Source: Caecitellus pseudoparvulus (taxonomy: Eukaryota > Protista > Bigyra: Bicosoecida). Taken from it: a stretch of DNA of 64,000 nucleotides. The position numbers were made by a program, and so were the translations under genes. Below are positions 9,879 through 20,118 of this stretch, piece by piece. Within the stretch, counting starts at the first letter, position 1. Each line of letters opens with the position of its first letter. The notes beneath the pieces were generated by a model. It was not told where the DNA came from, did no database searches, and saw only the letters and a list, made by a program, of their open reading frames with translations. Location of the stretch: NCBI GenBank assembly GCA_965644315.1, contig CBFFRQ010000062.1, forward strand, positions 496,087 through 560,086, given 5' to 3'.

Positions 9879-11841
9879 ATGGCAGCCCAGCCTAATCCAA
9901 AGGGCACTGTGCACATGCCAGCTTCCCGTTTGAGGTCCCTGCCTGCCAAGGTTGCGGTGGCATTGCCGCTTCGCTTCACGACGCCGCAGCAGGCAGTGGT
10001 GCACTTGCACGGGGCAAAGCGCCTGGCCAGGGCAGTGTACGGCCAGCAGGGCGATGTGGCCTCCTTGCCCGTCTTCAGCACTCATCCTGAAGATGCAGCC
10101 TGTGCTCCGCTGACGGGGCAAGCAGTGGCACCGCTGCCTCCCACGCTGGTGCTGTCGGTGCGCAAGACCAGGGACAGGCAGAGCGGCCTGAGCAGCGTGT
10201 CAGCGGAATTGACGGGCATCGTTCACCAGGCATTTGACTTTCGCCAACTCCCTGACTTTTGCTTCTCTGAGGCGGCACACGCGGTGCAGTTGCCGCAGCA
10301 GGGCGAGCTTCTGAATGCCATAGGCCGTGGTGCTCGAACCAGTTTCCGCAGCTCTGCGCTGTGTGGGCGGGGAGATGACGCGTTAGGCACCTTGACCGAT
10401 CGCGATGGCCCTCTCGCCCTTCCCATGCCTGTGCTGGGTGCCTGTGATTATCTTCCAGTGGGGCACCGCTTGCTGCCTGTGCGGGCACCGTTGGATTACA
10501 AGTGAGCCTGCACCCTTCGCCCCAGGCCAGGTTCGTGTGCTAACTCGCCCCTCTCACACTGCACAGGTTCGTCGGGGCACCGTGTGAAGCAGGAGAGGGG
10601 ATTGCTCCTCGTGGCGTGCCGTACTCGCTCCAGGAGACGGTCTTCGACCTGCACCAGGAGGGGGCGGCGGTACCCAGCCAGCCCTTGGAGCTGCCGCCTG
10701 GAGACGTGTGGCGCGGCATCCACCTTCCCGTCGTGCTGAGTGTGCTGCGAGTGGTGCGTGGGCTGCTTGCATGGGCGCACATTGCTTGATGTTTGCACTT
10801 CCCCACCTGTGCTTTCACCCGCCCCCTTCAGTTGTTCTCCCTGACGCCGCTGTGGCAAGGGGTCGACTTGGACACCATCTTCGCACTCGCTCTTCCGGAC
10901 TCCAACAGGGCATGGCGCACCGCCCTGCGCGGCGTCGCATACAACCTCAACCGCATCCCTTTCCGCCACACTTGGGCACGCCTCGGCTTTGACCCTCGCC
11001 GGCACGCTGAGTCTGTGCTGCACCAAACAGTTGAAGTGCACCGCCCACACCGCAGGTCGCATGCTACGGGCTCAGGGGCCGCCACCGCACCACAGTTGCA
11101 CAGTTCCATGGCCGAGGCTGGAACAGAGCTTTGCTTTGCAGCAGGCCTGCTCGGAGAGGGCAAGCAAGGGTGCACGTTCACCGTGTGTGGCGCGCTGACC
11201 GAGCCAGGCGTGGTCGCAGTGCCGCTGACATCGCAGTCGGCGGGCGGCGTCTTCGAGCCGCCATTGGCGGCTGCAGAGACCCCCCAGGTGCGCACATGCG
11301 GCACTGAAGGGACGCTGATGCATGCCTTGCTCACTGGCCGCGCCGTGGTCAGCGACACCCTCGAACTGGAGCAGGACGATGTCGAGCTGTTCACAAACGC
11401 GGCAGCCAATGCCAGGGCGAGCATGCGCCCGGGCCAGGCAGCAGATGACATCGCGTCGCAGTGCAGCACTCTCGCTGGCTTCTTCTCTGCCCTGGTGGCC
11501 CCTCTACGCAGCGAGCAGGCCGTCATGCCTTCATTGGCCTCCCTGCAACTTGTGGCTGACACGGTGGCGCTGCAGGTGTGCCCCGCCCACCAGGAGGCTT
11601 GTTTGCAGGTGTTGGCGCCTGTCACTTCAGAATGTGAGTCGCCGCGCGCTGGCTAGCAGGCGCAACCACCCACCTGCAGGCTGGTCGAGCCCGCCGCCAC
11701 TGCACAGGGAACGGACGGCAAGGCTTCTTGACGAAAGACACTGAGGAGGAGCTGCGGGCGAGACTGGCCCGTGTCGCTTTTGGCACTGCGGAGGGCGCTG
11801 CCCCACCGTTCCACTTGTGGCGAAGCCCGCCCAAGGCTTGA
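9879..11841 (+). CDS. GTF3C5: Transcription factor IIIC subunit 5 (tau95/Tfc1)-like
   Basis: Motifs AELTGIVHQAFDFRQLPDF, LFSLTPLW and PFRHTWARLGFDPR. In-frame splicing with introns 10502-10566, 10754-10831 and 11634-11707 gives a last exon WNGRQGFLTKDTEEELRARL...KA-stop. Confidence 0.8.
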
Positions 11842-11945
11842 CGCCGTCGCGGTCTGCATGGCCGTGAGTGGGAACAGCAGCTCCCGTGCATTGTGCTGCA
11901 TGACTGGTGGCAAAGGGTGCCGCCACGCGATACGCCCCTGCTGCG

Positions 11946-14045
11946 CTAGACACGCTGCAGAGACTGCGCATCTAACGCACCTGCGGCGACTCCTGCATCT
12001 GCCTGAGCCCTTGTACTGAGTGCCGCCCCCGCCACGCCGTCCAACGCCTCGTCTGTCAGCTCCCGCAGCCAAGAGTCAATGTCGGGCGTGGAAGTGCGGG
12101 GCGGCGTGGAGGCCTGCAGCGGCGCGCCGTAAGTCACACCCGCCCATGCCTGGAGCTGCTCCTCCTCACTCTCGTGCAGAGTGCCGGGCAGCGCCCATGG
12201 CTCTTGTGTCGGTATGCCGGTCGTGTTGGCGTGCCGCACGATGGGGAGGGCGGAGGAGTCCACTTGCTCCGAGCGGGGCAGCGCCAGCTGGTCCCACACC
12301 TGGTCCAGGGCGTGCAGGAGGTCCCGCAACATGGACATGGTGTGCACTGGCGTGACGGTGAAGCGCAGGCGCTCCTGTCCCCTCGGCACGGTGGGGAAGT
12401 TGATGGGCTGCACGTACACGCCGTGCTGCTGGCGGAGGATGTCCGAGGCGGCCTTGGCCTTGGCGGCGTCCCCGACAAAGACGGGGATGATGTGGGAAAT
12501 GGAGTCCATGAGAGGCAGGCCCGCCCCCACCAACAGCTCCTTCAAGCGGTGTGCCTTGGCGTGCATGATGCGGCGCTCCCACTTGGAGTTGGCCAGGTGC
12601 TGCACACTGGCCTCGGCACCCGCCGCGACGACGGGGGGGATGGACGTGGTGAAGATGAACCCTGGCGCAGTGGAGCGCATGGTGTCGATGAGGGGGGCAG
12701 AGGCGGCCAGGTACCCCCCCACCACACCGTACGCCTTGCCCAGCGTGCCGGTGATCATGGTGAGTCTGCTTGCCTGCCCGTCGCGCTCCGAGATGCCGCC
12801 GCCCCTGTCGCCGTACAGCCCCACGGCGTGCACCTCGTCGCAGAAGGTCATGGCGCCGAACTCGTCCGCCAGGTCGCAGATGTCGGACAGCGGCGCCACC
12901 GTGCCCTCCATGCTGTTCACGCTCTCGAAAGCGATGAGCTTGGGCGCCTGCGGGTCTGCCTCGGCCAGCAACCGGCGCAAGTCGTCCATGTCGTTGTGTT
13001 TGTAGATGACCTTGCGCACACGGGCGTTGCGCACGCCGTGGATCATGCTGGCGTGGTTCATGGCGTCGGAGAAAATGATCAGCTCAGGGAACACCTTGCC
13101 CAGCGTGGCCAGCACAGTCTCGTTGGCGACATAGCAGGAAGAAAACACCAATGCACTTTCTGCACTGTGCAGGTCTGCCAGCGTGCGCTCCAGGGCGACG
13201 TGGTGCACGTTCGTGCCGGAGATGTTGCGCGTGCCGCCTGCGCCGGCGCCGCAGTCGTCCAGGGCGCGGTGCATGGCAGCCAGCACTGCGGGGTGCTGGC
13301 CCATGCCCAGGTAGTCGTTGCTGCACCAGGACACAAGGGTGGCTGCGCCTCCATCTGTCGTGGTGTGTGGGAAGTTGCCAGCCTGGGAAGGGAGGGTGGC
13401 GGTGCGGGTGCGAGTGTGATGTGCGGTCCAGGTGAGGGAGGGCAAGTGCACCGTACCTTTCGAGCCTGTTCCAGGAACACACGGTATCGCCCCTCAGCCT
13501 TGATGGTGTCCACTATGCCCTGGAACTTGTCACGGTACCAGCCTGCACAGGGGCGAGGGCGGTGTGTCGGCGTGATCACACCACATGGATGCACGGAACT
13601 CTGCTGCATCAGCTGCACTCACCGCTTGAAAGGTGCGCCTTGGCACCAGAGGCAGCACTGGCGTGGCCCTGGGTCTCATCTTGCGAATCTTCAGTCACGC
13701 AAGGTGCGCCACATGCAACTGCAGCGGCAGGGCAGGCAGTGAAGTGAGGTGACACGCAGGCGATGCCGTCAGCGTTTCGCCGCAGCAGCTGGCCTCGAAC
13801 GCACCCTGAACCCCGCAGGCGCTGCATGTGGTCATGTCGTCCAGCTCACGATTCGATGCTGCTGCATCTGCCAGGTGCAGGTATGGGGACTCATGTGTCC
13901 GGACCATGTGCGGGCACTGCACAGCCAGCTGCGGCACCTGCCCCGTCACGGCCGCTGCAGGTGTGCCTGTCTGCGTGATACTGTGCAGGAAGGGGCACTT
14001 CCGCACAGCCCCAGCGGCCCGAGTGGCCACACGTGGGGCAGACAT
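11946..14045 (-). CDS. HEM1: 5-aminolevulinate synthase, mitochondrial (three short 5' introns)
   Basis: Motifs [40 protein letters not shown] (PLP lysine), GFIFTTS and [11 protein letters not shown]-terminal presequence carries CP heme-regulatory motifs (KCPFL, QCPHM). Confidence 0.95.
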
Positions 14046-14741
14046 GGCTGATGCAGCGCACGGTAATCAGATGCAGGAAGGAGGCGCGCGAGGCGATGAA
14101 GGTAGTTGAGATTTGCCCAGCAGCGCGGCCACCCAGCGTTTCGTGCCGAAACGTGCGGGGGCAGACTGCCCCCCTTGCGGTGGTGGTCCCGCTTCACCTT
14201 TGCACCTGGCCACTGCAAAAAACAACTCACAGCGTGATAAACAGACCCGAAAGACACGTCCTGTCCAGCGAAGCCGGAAGCCATCGCCCTCCGTCGCCTG
14301 CCTCGTCGCTGCGAGTGCTGGCACCAGGGCAAGCCCTGGAGCGAGGTGGCTGGGCAGAATCAAGTGGCTGAGGACTGCGGCGTGCTCACCCTGTTGTCGC
14401 AGGGAGTGTTAGCACTTTCGTCATCGCAGCATGGGCTGCTGCTCCAGCAAGGCAGATGGTTCGCTCGTGCAGTGCACCTGCGGAAGTAGAGACCACGCGC
14501 ACAGACATGCCTCCTCCCCGCGCCACAGAGCCAGACAGGCAAGGTCTCCTGGACGGAACACAGCATGAAGACGACGTGCTGGCATCGTCAGCCCCAGGTG
14601 CTGCCTCTCGCGCCGCGCCCATGTCCATCGGCCACCGTGGCTCTCGCGCTGGCCTGGGAGGACCAAGCCCTGGCCTCGCAGCTTCGTGCGTCTGCCGCCC
14701 ACGCCCCGCAGCCCGACGCCGGTGTCGCACTGCGTGCCGCC

Positions 14742-15220
14742 ATGCTTCGCAACAGAGTTCCAAGCAGCATGCCCATGCCCAGCAGCAGCATGCAGCGCCG
14801 GGCGTTTCACGAGGAGCACTTGAAACGCGTCGTGGACCGAGCAGAGGAGTGCGTTGCGCCACTGCTGCCCACGCCTGTGCATTGCCAAGCACACCTGGCC
14901 CCGCCCTGTCCCGCAGTGACATGATTGACATTTTCCAGTCTGCACTGGACTTCGAGCAGGAGGACCCATCCCACGCGGGTGCCCTCGCCTACATTTCCAG
15001 CATGCGCAGCACACACGTCAACTGCGCGGCAGTGCAACCCCGCTTCCCAGCCTGGTGGCCCGCCACCGGAGACGGCGCCAAGGCCAGCGTGCAAGCAGAC
15101 CCTCAGGCTGCCGGGAAGGCGCAGGCTGTGGCGGAGAAGGTGAGCGCTGCCGTGGCGCGTGCCGCCCTCAGCCGGGAAGCAGTGCGGCCCATCGTCACCA
15201 CCTTCACGTCGGCGGCGTGA
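14742..15220 (+). CDS. Hypothetical protein (start uncertain)
   Basis: ORF 14565..14924 (RAFHEEHLKRVVDRAE) splices in frame via GTGCGT...CCGCAG (14849-14916) into the 3' part of ORF 14456..15220 (DMIDIFQSALDFEQE). No family recognised. Confidence 0.45.
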
Positions 15221-15222
15221 AG

Positions 15223-15984
15223 TCAGATGTCCACAATCACATACACGTGCACGCCCTCTGAGGAGGCACCCTCGTCCACCTGCTTGTCACCCCCGCCCAG
15301 TCCGTGCACTTGCATGTTGGAGTAGGTGATGGCCTTCACCTCGGTGCCTTGTGGGTGCTTGGCCAGGCTGAAGCGCTCCCCTCGGCAGGCCAGCGTGACG
15401 CTGTACTGGCCTGCGGCGTCTCCAGAGCAGGCGCCAGAGGTGCTGCTCGGCATGACCAATCGCGTCACTTGCACGTCGCAGGCAATGAGGTCGTCAGTTG
15501 CGAAGCGGAAGAGAGCCTCGTCCAGCAGATGAAACACCAGTCCCAGCACATCTTTACCGGTGGCTGTGACTTCCCAGTCCAGCGCTGGGTCAGGTTCCAC
15601 AGTGCCCAATTCAGTCATGTACCCAAACATGGCCAGCGTCACCTGTTCAAGGGCCTGTGCGAGGTCGCTGCCCCCTGTGGGCACAGCAGGAGCAGAATTG
15701 CGCTGGCGAAGGCGTGGCGAAACGCGCATGGAACGCACAGGCATGCAGCTGCACGTCCGCTGTGTGGTCCAAGTCTGTGAGGCCAATGCAGCATGGTGGG
15801 GACATGACTACACAGCCTCACTGCTTCGCTGCGCCTCACATTCGTACTGCTGCTCAGTCACATGAGGCCAGGTCAGCTCCTTGGCGGGCGTGGCTGCTGC
15901 GACGGGGTCTGGCTGGCTTGCCTCTCGCCTGCGCTTGCGCCGCGCTCTCTGGGGCAACTGGGGGACAGCGGCTTGGCTTGCCAT
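15223..15984 (-). CDS. ZBTB8OS: Archease (RtcB tRNA-ligase cofactor)
   Basis: Spliced product reads QYEYLDHTADVQLHA...LAMFGYMTEL...LLDEALF...GERFSLAKHPQGTEVKAITYSNMQV...VYVIVDI; two short introns. Confidence 0.93.
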
Positions 15985-16322
15985 GGCGCCAGTGGCTAGA
16001 TCCGGCCCAGGGGAACGGTTTGGTCAGTTGCGACGCTTCATTTTGGCAAACCTGGCGCATTGACTTCATCTACTGGTAATAATCCATGCACGAATTGCAA
16101 ACATGGGTCGTTGTCTCCCCGTATGTCGCATGCCCCCACGCATCGGGTGCCTTCCTCCGTTCACAATCCAACACATTCCTGCGCCGGACCCTCACCGAGA
16201 CATCCTCTTAGGGCCCCTCTCCACCGTAGGCACAGTCCTGCTCTGCTGCGCCAGCTGCGCTCCGGCGCCTGCGCGTTTCAAGCTGTGTTTGAGGCTCTGC
16301 GTGCCAGCACGTCTTCACCACC

Positions 16323-17992
16323 ATGGCTGCCTCCACCTTGCCCGTCAGCTCCATGCTGACCATGTCTCTCGATGACATCACAGCACAAGCATCAAAGGCC
16401 CGCCGCCAAACGCGCCCGTACGTGTTGCTCGTGGCGTGGTGGGGCGGCAGTGAAACGCGTGCCCGCCGCCCACGCTGAACGCTCCTGAGCTTGCCTTGCC
16501 CGTGGCGCCCATCTGGGCAGAGTGCACCGGACTCGTCATGAACTGCCACACCCACGCATCCCTCATGGAAGCGCGAGCTGTCTATCGCGGGACGGCGCGT
16601 GCCTGCGGCTGTCCGTGTCCCCGGTTGGCCCCGTCTCAAATGCCGCTGCGGCGCACCTCCCAACACGAACCCTGCTCGCCCTGCCGCAGTCGCCGCGTGG
16701 ACACAACTGCGCCTTTCGCGCGGTCTCCAGGTGGTGGGAGTGGCCGTAAGAACATGATGGGTGACCAGGCCTGCCGCGTGTACGTGCACAACTTGGACTG
16801 GTCCGTCACCTGGCAGCAGCTGAAAGACCACATGCGCCAAGCCGGCGACGTGGCTCACGTGGACCTGCTCACGACCGGCAACGGCCGCTCTCGAGGGTGT
16901 GCCATCGTGGAGTTCGCTTCGCCCGCCGACGCACAAGCCGCCATTTCAACGCTGAACGACTCAGAGCTGGCTGGGCGGCAGATGCTGGTGCGGGAAGATC
17001 GGGAGGCGGTGCACAAGGGACCCCCTCCGTCGGCGGCAGCGGGAGCGGCAACCGGCGGTGGCAGCGCTGCCCCTGACGTGCAGGCCATTTACGTGGGCAA
17101 CCTCCCCTGGGAGTGCACGTGGCAGGATTTGAAGGACCTGGTGAAGGCGCATACATCTGGCCACATCGTGCGAGCTGATGTCGCGGCACACGCCGACTCT
17201 GGGCGCAGCGCAGGCTGGGGCCGAGTGGAGTTCAACTCGGCTGGCGCGGCGGCTGCCGCTGAGCGGGCCCTGCAGGGCGTGCAGGTGGCGGGTCGGGCTG
17301 TGAACGTGTACCTGGCATCTGGGGCCGTGCCGCCGGGCAAGGGCACTCTGGGCGCACCCCTCATCCCAGGCGGGGCGCCTGCGCGCCCAGCAGCTCCCAT
17401 GGGCGGCGCCGGCCGTGGGGGGGGTGGCCAGCGTCAGGGCCCCGCCGCCTGCCGAGTGTACGTGGGCGGCCTGCCCTGGAGTGCGACGTGGCAGGATGTG
17501 AAGGACCACTTCCGCAGCGTGGGCAGCGTGGCACACGTGGACGTGCTCATGCGGCGCGATGGCAAGAGCACCGGCAGCGCCATTGTGGAGTTTGATTCGC
17601 CCCAGGCGGCCCGCGCAGCCATCGCCACGCTGAACGACACCGACTTCATGGGGCGCTTTCTGAACGTGCGGGAGGACAGGGAGGCTGGTGGGGGCGCGCC
17701 ACAGCCCGTGCCTGGCCTGCGGGGCTCCGGCGGCCTGCACGTGTCGGGTGGCGCCGCTGGCCGTGGCGCGCACGGTGACTCGGGCATCGTCATCTCTGGC
17801 ATGCCAGGCGGGCTGACGTGGCAGGACCTCAAGGACGAATTCTCCAGCAAGTTCCCGTCTGTCACGTACGCCTCTGTGTCAGGGCCCACCGGCATCGTGC
17901 GTTTCAACAACGCCACAGACGCGCGCAACGCTGTGCGGGACTACAACGGTGTCGAGTTCAATGGCGTGCGTGTCACTGTGCGGCTGGAGTGA
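16323..17992 (+). CDS. GBP2/HRB1/hnRNP-M-like RNA-binding protein with four RRMs
   Basis: Four RRMs, each with a TWQ[DQ][LV]KD helix, and RNP motifs (RVYVHNL, SRGCAIVEF). Putative exon 1 16323-16417 (…LTMSLDDIT…) joins in frame through intron 16418-16689. Confidence 0.85.
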
Positions 17993-18224
17993 GGCGACGC
18001 CCCCTGCCCCGGTTGGCATTGGAGGGCAGCGGCAAAACTCCGCTTCGAACGACATCGGAATCCAATTGGCTAGACACGCTCACCACTCCCTGCAACTGGT
18101 TTATCCCTGCCTTGCCGCTGTGCGTGGCAGGCGGTGAGTCCTTGGCCTCGTTCATTCCGCACCGCTCACCACGCCGAAGCATTTCCAGCGGCGTCCAAGG
18201 CACCAAACGGCACACTTCGGCGAG

Positions 18225-19905
18225 ATGGACTGCCCGGTATTAGATTTCCTAGGATCAGACGTCTCAGAGGTGTCCCAGACAAGTGGTGCGAGCCCGTTGG
18301 CCCCCAGTTTGCCGACCCGCAGCCTGGCACCAGATCCCCTGGCCTGCTCCATCCTCAGGCATCGAAGTTGTCACTTGCGAAGAGCCAGACGCCACTGAGG
18401 AGGCTCGACTCGCTCACGAGCTTCGAGAGTCTGCAAGTGTTGCTGGAGATGTCATCTTTAGATTCAGCCCTTCCTCAGCTGCGACGGGTGAAGCGACATC
18501 CTCAACCCCAGTGACAGCTGCTGCAGCGGCTGCAGGATGGGGTGGGGGTGAGGAGCAGGCACTGTACACTACTGACCCCTCCACCGCCATGGTGCCCCTG
18601 ACAGTGCGCCACCAACACACCCAGGTGGACGTCGAAGGAGAGCCTGAAGATGTCCGGTGTTGGGCCCTGGCCCTCGCCCGCGACCCTGCCCTCGCTCGGG
18701 CGCTGGCTGAGCTGCGGGTCGACCCCCCCTCCACCGCAAACCCCCTCATCGTCCACGTACCCAAGTCACTGCACGCACATAGAGAAGACATCTGCACTGC
18801 TCTGGACACGGGCTTTGTCAGCGGGGGCGCCTTGACTTCGCGCAGCATACAGTGTTTGCGGCGCGTGTTGGGAGTGCACGTAGCCGTCCCCGAGCCACCC
18901 CAGGCGGGCCTAACGCTGGTGGAGCACCTGCTCATGTTCACTTCCAGCGCCATTTTGGACGAGCTGTCCTCGACCGGGACGGCTGCAGGGACACAGGTGG
19001 CGCTGGCACCAGGAACGCAGCAACGCATGCGCGACCTGCTGCAGTGGGCTCAAGAGTACGAAGACAACACCCTGACGCCAGGCTCGTGGCCCCCTCACGA
19101 CGCCCAAGTCCAAGTGCAGAAGGTGGACCTCCCACTGCACCGGTGCCTCACGCAGCACTGCTCGGACTTCCTGTGGGCTGGCCTGTCGGAAGTGTGGGCT
19201 TCGACGGAGGGCCCGCTGCCCACGCTCGCGTGGAGTGACGGCACCTTGCCCCCCAGCACCATGGCAGCTGCCCTCGTCATGCTGTACGCCCCTCAAGCAT
19301 CCCTGCCACTGTACCATCAGGTGGATGCGCTGCAGGTGGCTGTGCTGCTGCAGCAGCTGCAAATGCCGCAGGCGGTGCAGGTGATCTTGACAGCAGTGGG
19401 GCACTCCATGGACACGGACACAGCGCTGTCCCTTGCCCACGCTGATGCAGAGGGTGCAGCTTCCCTGCCTGAGCAGGTGTATGAATCCGCCATGACGCAG
19501 CTGCTGAGCAACTTGGAGGAGTTGCAAGGCAGCGAGCAGTGGCAGGCCATGCCCGAGCCCCTACGCAAGCGCGTGACAGCCTTGTCCACAGCGCAGCGGG
19601 CCAACCCTCTGGGGGGTGCAATGATTGTGCGCCCTTCGGAACTCCTGGGCATCGCTGCCGAGTCCCTGGAGCACATGGCTGACGCACAGGCGGTAACGCA
19701 GGAGAACATCGAACGCACCCGCCGAACGATGAGCACGGAGCTGCACACTGGTGCCAACCCCGCAACTGCCGCCCAGCGCCAACGCTGGCACTTGTACCTG
19801 GGTCAGCAGGAGGCGGCTCTCGCGAGACGGGCGAAGGCGATCCAGGAGCTCTCAGCGTTCTACAAGGAACAGAAGGCTGTCTTTGCAGCCATTGACACCA
19901 GCTGA
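18225..19905 (+). CDS. Hypothetical protein, possible degenerate BTB/BACK-like region and C-terminal coiled coil
   Basis: ATG at 18225 plus intron 18286-18358 joins ORF 18283..19905. The segment LLQQLQMPQAV...AMTQLLSNLEELQGSEQWQAMP resembles BTB/BACK helices (weak). Confidence 0.55.
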
Positions 19906-20118
19906 GCATCTCGGCAGCGTGCTGAAGCCGACTTGCTGTAGCTAATGATTGAAGGGTGTGTGCGCGACCAGGCACAGCCCCTGTGCCCGTCTTGGATTTG
20001 CGTGGCTTGGCCTGCAGCAACAGCGCCAGTTGCGCCACCTGCACACAATCCAACACACCCCCCGACACACACCGCCGACACACAGCAGGGTTGTGCGAGT
20101 CCCACCTCCTGCACCACC

